DNA of 63,453 bases, counting the filler, from Kipferlia bialata (Eukaryota): NCBI GenBank assembly GCA_003568945.1. It is 6 parts of 6 records of this genome, joined end to end, with 100 filler letters (N's around TTAATTAATTAA, not from the genome) between each part and the next. Parts side by side here need not be neighbours in the genome. Positions count along the whole stretch, not along the records: positions 45,387 to 52,174 come from BDIP01001271.1; positions 52,275 to 63,453 come from BDIP01001272.1; 4 more parts are not named here. One strand, given 5' to 3'. The first letter of the stretch is position 1. The number at the start of each line of letters is the position of its first letter. The notes below the pieces were generated by a model, which saw only the letters and a program-made list of their open reading frames with translations, was not told the origin of the DNA and ran no database searches. The translations under genes were made by a program, and so were the position numbers. Of this stretch, positions 49,864 to 63,046 are shown piece after piece.

Positions 49864-51092
49864 TTACAGCCTGTATCCGTGCTCTGCCACACTGAGTCTC
49901 AGGGCCAATGGGACCTTGGGTGTGTCTGTGTCCCCAGCTGTGACTGCATGGAGGGCAGCATGGAGGGGGGACTCAACAGGGACATGGATGGACACGTCAG
50001 GGGGCAGGAGGGGGGGCTCTGCCTGAGGGGTCTCCTCTGCCTTGGCGGCGTCTCTCTCTCTCTCCACCCTGGGCCGCCTGTCTCTCTCCTCCTTCTTGCC
50101 TCTCCCTCCCAGTCTTAGAGCAGGCATCAGCCGCTGCCGCACAGACACTACCTCCACAAACACCTCTGGGACACCATCCTCAGGGGGGCCTGCCACCGAC
50201 ACAGTGACTGTGGAGTACCAGTTAGAGGAGGAAGGGGTGGTAGAGAGGGGAGAGCTAACCTCACCCTCTACCACTGTATCAGCCACCTCACCCGCCTCCT
50301 TCACCTCCTCGCTCTCCTTGGCCACAGACACAGACACCCTCATGCGCCCTGCCACGTACCCCTCTCCCTCTCCCTCTCCCTCTGCCTCTGGAACACCTTC
50401 GACACTAGATATGTCGACCTCCTTGCTAGCTATGCGGCCAGTCTCGGTGTCTGTCTCCGTCCACCCTGCGGCCTGCCTGAGACCATCCCACACATACCCA
50501 CCCTCAGACTCGGCCTCATCCCCTGACCCAAACACAGTACCCGGCATAAGGGAGACGGACAGAGCAGTGTGCAACGCGAGATAGTCCTCAACAAGCCCCT
50601 GACTGCTGAAGGGCTTTGGGGCCACGACCCCCTTGACGGGTAGGCCTAGAGAGGACTTGTACACCTGAAATCCGTGCACTGAAGTGGCGTCTACTGGCCA
50701 CCACACGCCCTCTCCCTCCTTGTCCACTGGGACCTCCCTGTCCTCCTCCTCATCCCCTCCCTCCTCGTCGTCCATGATCTCACCCTCCCCCTCTGTGTTG
50801 AGTAGGTACCGCTGTGCACAGGGTGACTCCAGAGACAGCAGGAACAGCTCCCCACTCACGCCATGCTTCCTGGTCAGAAGACAGAACCCGGCACTGGGGT
50901 TGAGGGCCAGGTCCACCCCGACTGGCACCCCTCCCTCTGTGTCTGTGGCTGTGCCCTCCACCTGCAGACACCTGGCAACAAGGGTGTCAAGAGGCAGGTT
51001 GGTGGAGAGAGTGTGGCGCAACACTGCCCCTGGAAGGATGGCATCTCCGGTGAGAGGGGTGACAAAGGTAGGGGGGGCCTCGAAGGACACCC
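49864..51092 (-). CDS. Hypothetical acidic protein (one long exon; start exon not resolved)
   Basis: 408-codon ORF, GC-rich, preceded by the acceptor cttacactcag; convergent with the WD40 gene. Confidence 0.6.
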
Positions 51093-51663
51093 TGAGTGTA
51101 AGGGATTATTACCAATGATATGTAAGAGTGTCATATACAATGCCAATAGAACAGATGACAGGTGGAGTTGTATCGAAAGTGAGCTAGCCCTCCTTCACTT
51201 CACAAGAGCATCACTGAGGGAAACCAACCTGCTAAGCATGGACGAGTAGAACCTATTCACAATAGTGAGAGCCCTCAGGCGCTTCCGGACGAATATCCAG
51301 AGGACATAAGAGACAGCCACGACTGAGATGAGAAGTAGCACAGAATGCCGTTGTGTGGCCGATTCCAAATCCACATAGCATGGGAACAGTGACAGAGACA
51401 TACAGACTACTAGACACTGACCAACCTGAAAATGACAATAGCCCAACGATCATCCCAATATTAGACCAGGAGTTGACCTTGACCTCGATCATAAACCCGC
51501 CGAATAATGGCCTGCACTGGTGCTATAAGCTTACACAGATAAGCTATGCAGAAGAGGAGCGGCGGCGACCGAGTACTCAGCGCAGATTCTAAGGGTCTAG
51601 GGCATGCCAAAAATCCTCTGATGTCTAATTTCGGAGGTTGCCTCTCTCTTCATACCATACAAG

Positions 51664-52047
51664 ATGGCAGGACTCTTGGATATGCTGAGGCGCCTTCGCC
51701 GTGGGCCCAAGGAGCTCCGCATTCTGATGCTGGGCCTTGACAACGCCGGCAAGACCACCCTCCTGCGCCGTCTGTCGAATGAGGACGTGACGTGTGTGAT
51801 GCCCACCCAGGGCTTCAACGTCAAGTCGGTGCAGACCAAGGGGTTCAGGCTGAATGTGTGGGACATTGGCGGTCAGAAGACCATCCGCCCCTACTGGCGC
51901 AACTACTTTGAGTCCACCGACGCCCTCATCTACGTGGTTGACTCTGCCGCCAGAAGGAGGCTGGAGGAGTCAAGTGTTGAGCTGTCCATCCTGCTGGACG
52001 AGCAGCAGCTGGCCGGGGTGCCCCTCCTTGTGTTCGCCAACAAGCAG
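51664..52047 (+). CDS. ARL3: ADP-ribosylation factor-like GTPase 3, first exon (cut by contig end)
   Basis: [60 protein letters not shown], followed by a GT donor. Confidence 0.92.
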
Positions 52048-52123
52048 GTACGCCTGGTTAGGCCTACATAGGGAATCGGACATGTTTCACAATGATCTTC
52101 AGTATCACTCTCTTTCCACTTGC

Positions 52124-52171
<48 letters not shown>

Positions 52172-52692
52172 ACANNNNNNNNNNNNNNNNNNNNNNNNNN
52201 NNNNNNNNNNNNNNNNNNTTAATTAATTAANNNNNNNNNNNNNNNNNNNNNNNNNNNNNNNNNNNNNNNNNNNNATACACATCGAGTGTGCTGCAATTTC
52301 ACTCTAGCCCTTTCCAGGTTGTCGGGTATATGATGTTCGCAGGTTTGGTTTGTATGGCCCCTACTGCCACATGTGGGCCCCGGTGGAGAACGGTTCATAT
52401 GCACGCAAAAATATAATCTTTCTATAATATATGGTAGGGATATAGATATGTAAGGATAGCTAGAGCCCGAGTCTCACACACTAGTCTGGACCATAGCTGT
52501 CACGACTTGATGCTACACTTCAACGCATGTATAATATATTCGCTGCTGGCCCAGCCTTGCTGGGTAACCTATCAAGGATGTTTCCAGGAGACGACACGCG
52601 ATGTACTGAGTGGCATTCAGTGTGTATAGAACACTGCCAGTAATGCCATCTCCAACAACTGTAAGTGTCTCACGGCAACGTAGATATGCACC

Positions 52693-53578
52693 CTAAGCGG
52701 TGGATATCCTCTCATCCAGCATCTCTAGGTCAATGAATGCTACTACTAGGTTCCTACCATAGAAGAATAGCATGGTGGTGGGGTTGATCATGCACGGGCT
52801 GTACACACTGTTGACTGTCACTCCATCCGAGGCGGTACGACCCAATATCATAGCGTCTGCTGGTAATGAGCAGCCAGATATTGGATCAAGGACCTCGATT
52901 ACTCCCATGTATGGTGGGTCCCACTCCCCGATGAAGATGAATACTGCGTTTTGGAGTGTCGCATATATGCCACTGAAATTACAGTCTGTGACTATTGAAG
53001 AGAAGCCTGAGTGTAGAGACAGAGACAGCAGGTAGTCCTGGGACTGAGTGTAAGCAACGCAGAATAGGGAATCTCTGCACACGAAGTAGTCCGATAAGTA
53101 GCTGTTGTCGAATGCTTCTGGCACGGTGTAGGGCAGTTGCTGCCAAGTATCCGTGTCCGGATCAAACACCCAACAGTCAAGGCAGTGGGTGACAGATGTG
53201 TCATAAACCCTTGCATATCCAGGCATAGGTCTCGACGAGACTCTCGTGTATCTACCGGTTTCACCTCCCGCTACAACTAGAGACCCCTCTACACACCCTA
53301 TCGACGAGTTGATACGGGGACATGGCCAAACCTCCCCTTCTTTATGAGGAACCATGCGCCACTCTAAGGTGTCCAGAGATAACACCCACAGGTCAATGCT
53401 CTCCACGATCTCGTCACGGTCTTGACCAGGTGGGTACCTTGTCTCATTGACCCTCGTCACAAGGGAATACACAATCCCACATGTCGATGGCACCAGCCTA
53501 TAGGACTCTCCCCAATCGGGTACTGGCAGCAGTGTCTCGTCCACGGATAGGTCAGGGAGTAGGGTGAGGAGCTTGAGT
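52693..53578 (-). CDS. Kelch-like beta-propeller protein (terminal exon; upstream exon not identified)
   Basis: LWVLSLDTLEWRMV..WPCPRINSSIGCVEGSLVVAGG..DCWVFDPDTDTWQQLP; acceptor ctcactctctag at 53579-53590. Confidence 0.7.
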
Positions 53579-54723
53579 CTAGAGAGTGAGAAGAGGTGAA
53601 GGCGTGGAGTTATGATAGGGAGAGATAAGTATAATATAGTATAAGTATAATAAAGTAATATAGGTATAATATGACATAGTATTACATAGTGTAATACTTT
53701 AAGTTATACTCGGTCTCGAAGCCTGATACATAGAGCTACGAGGAAGCGAAGCCACGTGAACCCAAGAATATTGTAGTAGAACCCAGCTGGGCACTTAACC
53801 ATACATACACGGTCTGATTCAGACTGGGTAGCCTTAATTTCTTATCTTATGATTGACTATTAGCAAAATATCGGTACCTGGTGGGGCCAGTGTATTGCAC
53901 CAGGACAGTGTTCAGACCGACTGGATACATCTTCCCACATGTCTCAGTCTCCGCTAGATAGTGCTTGGCCTCTATGTGGAACCATTCGGGGGTAACAAAT
54001 GGTTGTTGCATATGTGGTTATGTCTGCTCTCTGTGTAGAAGAGACTATGTGGACTCCGATATACCACCGAGGGTGGTCCACTTTAGTGAGAGGTATTCTG
54101 TTGAGTGAACAGTGTTCACCATTTGAGGGTTGCAATACGTAGTTTACCTTTATCAGTCGCTAGAGTCGTGATCCACTGTAGTCATTACAGTGTAATGTCT
54201 ACAATTTTGACTGTAGTGTCTCCAGGAGAGGTGATATGTACGCCCTAAAGTGTATAACGCTCTGCTAGCCAACAGCACAATTCTCAGAATCCAATCTGAT
54301 ATTCGAATGTAAGAATACGTATACAGTAAGAAACAAATACATAGTGTCATGACCCGAATATATAGCTAAAGCCCGAGTCACACATACTATACACGCCTAG
54401 TCTGGACCATAACTGACAGGACTGGATGACGGTTACATACACTTCAACGCATATATCATGAATATTCGTTACTGGGTAACCATTTCAATGATGTTCCTCA
54501 CTATGAACTGAGACTGAGTGTCAATTGGTGAGTTTAGACACAACAGGCTGGTACTTAGTATGTCTACACGAAGAAACAGAGTCATTGGCGGTCAATAGTA
54601 TTGACTCAATACCATCTCAACAGCATTGGTAATATATATTGTATCACAAGAGGTAAAGATCTTGTCCACTGTAGAAGCAAACATTGCCACTCCAATTCAG
54701 TGTAACACTCAAAGACTTTAAGC

Positions 54724-55550
54724 CTAAGCCGTAGACACCAATTCATCCACCATCTCGATGTCAATTTCCGCCACAACTATGTTGCTACCGTGTAGAAACA
54801 CCATAGTGGTTGGGTTGATCATCCAAGGGCTGTATACAGAGTATTCGGGGTCCTCGGTGTTAGTATCTAGCACAATCAACTCCTCTGGGAGTGAGTGTCC
54901 AGACACCAGGTCACAAAGAGCAACGGTCTGCTCGTATGGCGGGTCACAATTGTGACGGAAAGTGCAGATGGCGTCCTGTAACCTACAGGACTCCTGACGG
55001 TTCACACCCCAGTTACTATAAGGGGTTTCTGTGACTCTGTAAGCGAATCCGCCAGACAGGGAAAGCGACTCAAGTGTGTATGTGACTGTGCGTAAAGTAG
55101 TGTGCATATAGACTCCCTGTAGATGTAAGTCATTGAGAGACTCTTGTCAAATGTGCTTGGCACGGTGTAGGGCAGTTGCTGCCAGGTATCCGTGTCAGGA
55201 TCAAACTCCCAACAGTCATAGCAACGGGTGCGGTGGATCTTGTAACACCGAGGACGCCCTGGTTTTTGCCTCCAGGTGTGACCTGTAACCCCACCTGCTA
55301 GAACTAGAGACCTCTCTACACACCCTGCGAGCGTTGCTACACGATACTGATACTGATTCTACACGTGGACAGGGCCAGTCCTCTCCTTCTTTGTGAGGTA
55401 CCATGCGCCACTCTAAGGTGTCTAGGGATAACACCCACAAGTCAAGGCCCTCTACGGTCCTGTCTGTCTCTGCAAGAGGCGTATACTTGGTCACCACTGT
55501 TCTTACTACAAGAGAATACACAATGCCACACATTGATGCAACCAGCGTAA
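54724..55550 (-). pseudogene. Frameshifted tandem paralogue of the kelch-like gene
   Basis: Same motifs (LWVLSLDTLEWRMVPHKEGE, FDPDTDTWQQLPYTVP, VYSPWMINPTTM) split by a 22-nt insertion at 55337-55365 and a second frameshift near 55075; flanks are also duplicated (52458-52530 vs 54363-54452). Confidence 0.75.
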
Positions 55551-56266
55551 ATAAGCCAACCTAATACTGTCTGATCCATTTAAAATTGCTAACATTGCTA
55601 ACACTCCTATGACCTTGATAATTGCACTACTAGTACCTTGCAGGGTCACTGTACTGTAGCAGTACAGTGTTCAGACCGACAGAGTGGAGCATGACCAGTC
55701 TATCCACGTCCACAGAGTGAGTTGCCACTATGCTTAACCATTCAGGCGTTGCCAGTGGTTCCATTGAAACAATATGCCTAAGAAGGGTGGAGAAGACATA
55801 CTAGGAGTGTCATCCATGCACGGATTTCGCTGTAGGGCTGGCCTACAGTTGAGGGTTTCGCTTGGCTCTGAGGGTATATATGTGTTCACCCGACGATAAC
55901 AATACAGTTTGTCCCGCACTACAGTACTGTCGATGATTGACTATTTGTGCTAGAATAGAAAAAGACTATTTGCCAAGACGGCAAACGTGGCACTCCAAAC
56001 TGTATATTCAGCTATGATAGAAGTACACGCAACAGCAACTCCCTACATCACTGCAGGTCTAATACAGTGTATTGGACTAATACACCCATGACGTCTGTCA
56101 CTCCATCGCATCAACACAAGTATGTATAGTCTCCTAGTACATTCTCTCCATGTCCACCACACCCATGACATCAGTGTCTCCATCGCATATCTACCATCAA
56201 AAATGGTATCTAGTATCCACACATGTATCATGAACGGGTAGAGACACTCCCACATCCTTATGCGAT

Positions 56267-57726
56267 CTAGTACATTCTCTCCATGTCCACCACACCCATG
56301 ACGTCAGTGTCTCCATCGCATATCTGCCTCATCTTGCCAGCCATGTCTCTAGCCACCGACATAGGACTGAGGTTAGTATATATATACAATACTACTATAG
56401 TACATATGTATATATATAGTATATATAGTATATATGAATGAATTCATATACATTACAGTATGTATATATCTGCCTCATCTTGCCAGCCATGTCTCTTGCG
56501 ACGGACATAGGGCTAGGAGTCAGAGTGTGTAGTTGATGTACACACACACACACACACACACACACATTTATATATATATATATATATATATACATATATA
56601 TATACACACACATATATATATATAGAGAGAGAGAAGTATACCAGCCATGTCTGTGGTCACACACATGGGGCTATGGTTAGTGTATACATATACATATGCA
56701 TATATTCTAATAGTCAAAGGTAGAGAGAGGGCAGAGTGATATAGTATTTATATATACTATAGTGCATATAATGTTATATATATAGAGAGAGAGGTAGAGG
56801 TAGAGAGAGGGCAGTGTTGCAGCCCTATCTCTGCCCCGTACGTGTTTAATCTACACACTCACATACATAGATAGATAGAGAGAGATATAGACATGGAGAG
56901 AGAGAGGGAGAGGGATTAATTATTCCGTCAGTCATGTTACTGGCAACAGACACGGGACTCGGAGTCAGTATATTATTATTAACGGAGAGAGAGAGATGCA
57001 GAGAGAGAAACATTGGAAACTATGCGTCTGTGTGTATACCTTGTTATGGCCGAGCAGTGTTGAGTGATGTAGACATTTTCCATAACTGTACATCTTATAG
57101 AAGAGGCCGTAAGAATACAGTATTTCAATGAATAGATGAACATCAATACCTAGTGATGGCTGAGCAGTGTGGAGTGATGTACATGTTGTCCTTAACTGTA
57201 CAACTTGTCGTATGCCCGTAAGAGTATTGTACTAGTGTGTGTTGTCTAGTTCTTGTCTATACCTAGTGATGGCTGAGCAGTGTGGAGTGATGTACACATT
57301 GTCCATGCCCCACAGAGAGTCAGAGGGCGGGAGGGGCTCAGTCTCAAAGACATCTTGAAGTAAGGGTGCAGAGAGAGAGACAGAGAGAGAGAGAGGGAAT
57401 ATACGGGTGTGGAGGGAGAGAGCCTATGACGGGCTCGGTTTAAACACATCTTGAAACAAGGGGAAATCCGGAAGATACGGAGACTGGTAGAAGTGGGTAA
57501 GTAGCTGGTATATCGAAGGTATATACATTTATACCTAACGCTGCAAATGACAGGTGACCCCTCTGCATGACTGTCTTGAGGCCCTCTGTGTCTACAACTG
57601 GACCCCTAATAATAAGAAATGATACACATCTATACAGGAAGTGAGAGAGAGAGCAAATGACTACCTTGAGACCCTAAGTGTCCACAACTGGACCCCTAGT
57701 GTAAGATTGATACAGATTTATACATA

Positions 57727-57764
<38 letters not shown>

Positions 57765-60700
57765 AAGGTGACCTCTTCGCATGTCTGCCCCTCTTGACAC
57801 CAACACCACCAGTTCCTATATATACATATACTAGCTCCATATATCAATGTGTATAAATACATTATCCATATTACACCATAATAATTCACCTTGTTGCATT
57901 GATCCCTTTGGCAGCAGGGACAGACTTCCATATGCGCTCGTAATTACATACAACATAATATGTAAAAAAATGCAAATCTATTACTATAATACCATACCTA
58001 AATGCAAATGCATTGATGGGGCATGCTCCCTTTGGCAACAACTTAGTATCCATATACACCAATATTGATACTAAGTATCAAGTATACATACCCATATTGA
58101 TACATGTGTAAATATATACTTTATTGTACCTTGAAGCGTTGATGAGGCACGCCCCCTTTGGCAGCAGGGACAGTGTACGCTCATTGAGGAGGTGCCTGGG
58201 TATGAGAGAGAACACATTTAGTTAATACCCACAATAATAGAGATAGAGTGTGTGGGGGAAGAAGCAGGGACAGTGGACGCTCATTGAGGAGGTGTCTAGT
58301 GTAAGTATATTCTGTAGAATATATTAACAAATCTACATACAGTGTAGATAGATGATAACTGGCTGAGTGACAGGGTGCTCTCATTATGGAGGTGCATAGA
58401 CTCAGAGACACTATGATATACTAGTAAATACAGAAAAGCAGAGACTCAATGACTAACTAAGTGAGGAAGCCAGAGGTTACTATGATATATGAACTATGAG
58501 GCTATAGAGAGTGTGTGTGGGCGAGAACCTTGTCTCAGGTGTGAAAAGGGACTAGAGAGAGAGAGAGAGAGAGTACCTTGTCTCAGGAGTCAGGGGGCAC
58601 AGGACAATGAGTACGTCAGTGTCCTTAGGGTGAAAAAGAAAGGCAGAGACATAGAGAGAGATCAATCTGGACGAGAGCAAAGTGGGAAATGCGGGAGAGA
58701 GAGACATCAACTGTATCTCACTGGTTGATGGTTGATTGATTGAAAGAGCAGACACGCGTATCTCTTTAACGTACAAGTGTTAGTTAGTATTGACCAAAAG
58801 TGAGCCGATCTAATATATGTACGTCATACCCCTAGGAACTGCTCTACAAAATATATAAGATATACTATATATATAATAATAGTAGTAATGTAATGTAAAG
58901 ATAATGTAAAGAGTATGTACATCATACCCCTAGGAACTGCTCTAATGTGGCATGTATTTTTTTCAAGAGATGTCTGGATGTCCTTGTCCAGACAGGCATA
59001 GACACAGAGTCACAGTATATGTATATATATACATTCATACATATATATATATGTACGTCATACCCCTAGGAACTGCTCTCATGTGGCGTGTATCTTGAGT
59101 GGGGGTCTGGATGTCCGTGTCCATACAGCCATATTGACACACAAATAGTATATATACATACCTTTACATATACTATACATTATATATACATATGGATCAT
59201 ACCCCTAGGAATTGGTCTAGTGTGGCATGTATCTTCAAGGGGTGTCTGGATGTCCTTGTCCATACAGCCACGTTGGGCACGAAGGCCTTGGCGGCATCGT
59301 GACAATGTCTACAGTCAGATACTATGTATATCTATATATATAGAGATATATATGCTAATAGGTTGCCATATTTTGACAGCCACGGTGGGCATGTAGGCCT
59401 TGGCGGCATCATGGCAATGCCTAAGATGAACAGAAGTACATATATATATATATAGGTATATATATATTTATATATGTTGCTGTATAATGACAGACACATT
59501 GGGCATGTAGCCTTTGGCAGCATCATGGCAATGTCTATAGTGAATGGATATACACACACATAGATGGAGAGAAAGAGAGAAGGAGATAGAAGGTTAACTG
59601 ACATGGATGCAGTGGCAGCTTTGTGAATGTGTCTAAACCATTAGAGTGTACCAATTTTAGTATATAACTGTATATACAAATAGTGGTATATAAAAATTCA
59701 TGGATATTTGAAATAGTAGTATTACCTAGCTAGCTTCCCGTATCCCAGGAACCCCACCCTTACTCCATAGGTGTGAGAGACAGGGGACCACAGGGCCTGG
59801 AGGGTGAGATACCAGATGGTGTGAATATATATACGCTCTCTCAGTATATATATATATATATGTCCCCACCTCTTCCTTGTGCACCCGGTAAATATTGTGC
59901 TTATATATATTAATTAGTATAGTCATATAGTGCATATATTACATATATATACGTATGTGTATATACCTCCTCCTGTTGCACCCTGTATGTGTGTGCATGT
60001 GTGATGTATCTCAGCACATTGAACAGTACATACCCATATACATGTTATTCATATATACTAATACATANNNNNNNNNNACAGTACATACCCATATACATGT
60101 TATTCATATATACTAATACATATATATATATAATGCGTGGTGTATGCGTTCTCTCTCTATGTATATAGTAATGGTTACCTCCTCCTGTTGCACTCTGTAC
60201 GTATGTGCGTGGGTGATGTATCTCAGTACATTGAACAGCACATACTCACTCATCTTCTGACCCCTCTGGTCATCGGTCAGCCTGGGTATTAAGGGTGTAG
60301 TGGGAGAGATTAAGGGTCTAGCGTGGGGGGGGAGAGAGAGGTAAACTCTATACACACCCAGTATATTACACATGTGTGTATATATATACATACACTATAC
60401 CTAATAAGGGGTATCCGCTCATTCCCCCTCTGCTTGGGTATGCAGTGTCCAACAGACACAAGGTCACTACAGGATTTATGTAAATGTATATATATTATAT
60501 TATATATAGATATAGATATAGACATTACCTTATTAAAGGTATTCTATCGTTCCCTCTCTGCTTTGGTATGCAGTGTGCCACAGACACTAGGTGGTCAACA
60601 CCGGCACCGAAGGAGAAGATGGCCTGGGTTAGGGGTGTAGAGGGAGAGAGAGAGAGAAAGAGAGACTGCATATCAGAAAGAGAATATGGAAGAATACAAA

Positions 60701-61519
60701 TGGTCTAGAGGTAAACGGATACAAGGTGGTCAACACCTGCACCGAAGGAGAAGATGGCCTAGCGGGAGATAATATATATATATATATATATATTGTATAT
60801 ACAATGATATGTATATAGACAGAGATATATGAGGAATGACCGACACAAGGTGGTCAACACCTGCACCAAAGGAGAAGATGGCCTACTATTAAGGCTGGGG
60901 AAGCAAATACACACATAGAGTAAATGTATAGATATGTATATAGAGAGAGATATAAGAGGAATGACAGACACAAGGTGGTCAACACCTGCACCGAAGGAGA
61001 AGATGGCCTGGTGATAAGTGTGTATAAGTATATATATAAGTATATAGTAAACCCTTGATAGGTATATAGACATAGATATAAGAGGAATGACAGACACAAA
61101 TATATAGTGGGCAACACTTGCCCCAAAGGAGAAGATGGCCTACTAATAAGGTTGCAGAGGTATAGATGCAAAAGTATATATATGAATAGGAAGAAATATA
61201 GGAATAGAAGACTTAGTGGTCAACACCTGCCCCAAAGGAGAAGATGGCCTGGGATTAAGGTTTCGGAAGTATACGTGTAAAAATATAGAAGTATATAAGG
61301 ATTGAGAGAGAGGAAGAGAGGACACAAAGGAGAAGATGGCCCAGGGTAAAGGGGGAGAAAGAGAAGACAGTCAAGGGAATAATAGTGTAAACGGTTGAGA
61401 CAGAGGATAACCGATATCAATTGATACTAAACCTTGCATGTCTGAGTGGGTGTGCTCCTCAGGAACCATAAGAGAAAGATATCACATGTGGAGTAACTAC
61501 AATACAATACAGACATACA

Positions 61520-61557
<38 letters not shown>

Positions 61558-62165
61558 AAATACATATATACCTTGCATGTCTGAGGGGGTATGCTCCTGA
61601 GGAACCTTGGGAAGGTGCCCCACACAATGACAAAATCTGACAGTAAGAGGGAGGATACAATAGTATATGTATACACATATAATATACATGTATACATATA
61701 TATATATAGAGAGACATGCACCTAGGAATGGTGCCCCACACAATGACATATATACATATGTAGAATACCTGTGTCTGCTGGGCATGTGTCTCTGTCACAC
61801 ATGGATACCCACGTATACATATGTAATTGATTTGTACAATGAGAAAGAGACGGAGAGAGAGACGGATAGAGAGAGAGAGATACCTGTGTCTGCTGGGCAT
61901 GTGTCTGTGTCAGAAGTGTATAGACACCATATACAGTATATATATGAAAATATAAAATATTATGGTATACAATATACCTGTGTCTGCTGGGCATGTGTCT
62001 GTGTCACACATTGAGACAGATGTATATATATTTATGTATATATATTGAACTGCAGAAAGAGAGAGAGAGAGAGAGAAAGAGAGACAGAGAGAGCGAGAGA
62101 GAGAGATACCTGGGTCTGCTGGGCATGTGTCAGTGTCAGAAGTGTATATACACCATATACAGTAC

Positions 62166-62198
<33 letters not shown>

Positions 62199-63046
62199 CA
62201 AATATATATATATATAATTATACTCAATTCACCTGTGTCTGCTGGGCATGTGTCTGTGTCACACATGGAGACAGAGGGCCTAAAGTGCAGGTCCTAGATG
62301 GTTAGAGGGTATTATGTACATAACGTATACTATAAGGAAAATACATATATGAAGAGTAAGATGGCTTAAAGTCCAGCTCCTTACCAAAAGGTAAGAGAAT
62401 ATGTATTGATTTGAGTAAGAATACATCCATAGTTCAGAATGTCTGAGTGCAATCAAAAGAGGGGGAGGAAGACAGTACATTCACCAACTCTCCACCCAGC
62501 GCCATATGCCTTACACAAGCTTCACTATGGATACATACAATGCATACCTGCAACTGTTGCTCCAGTCTACCGATGAACCTCTGCATGTATTGACCTAGTG
62601 TAAGGGTACAGTAATAAGTGTATTATTATATGGATATGACTGTATTGGAACAATTCTTGGCTTTCATTGCACCTCTATTTATTACTACGCACTTCTTACA
62701 AGAGGGGGAGAGGGGAGAGATGAGTCACTAGTCGGCAACTCTATTCATATATATATAGAGAGAGAAAGAAACTGGAACACAGACAACACTCTCGTCCCAC
62801 ATGTCTGGTACCCAAGGAGCTGTGGGTACATACATAATATACATATTAGTCTCATGTATACTCATACATATTGTGCCCCATATATATTTACATATCCACC
62901 CACCTGGCACGCCCTGACCTATGCGTCAACGCACACAATATAAGTCAGGTATATATAACAATACATATAGAATATGAATTGGTATATACTACATATACAG
63001 TCACAGCCACCCACCTGGCACTCCTTGTCCTATGGGTGTGGATGAC
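56267..63046 (-). CDS. D-2-hydroxyacid dehydrogenase, glyoxylate/hydroxypyruvate reductase A (GhrA/YcdW)-like; 5' exons uncertain
   Basis: DFVIVWG / AIFSFGAGVDHL..IPLIR / LTDDQRGQKMSEYVL / VGFLGYGKLA / DVLIVLCPLTPETR / HLLNERTLSLLPKGACLINASR / GPVVD / DVFETEPLPPSDSLWGMDNVYITPHCSAIT / ..GVVDMERMY*, colinear with E. coli GhrA. Confidence 0.88.
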
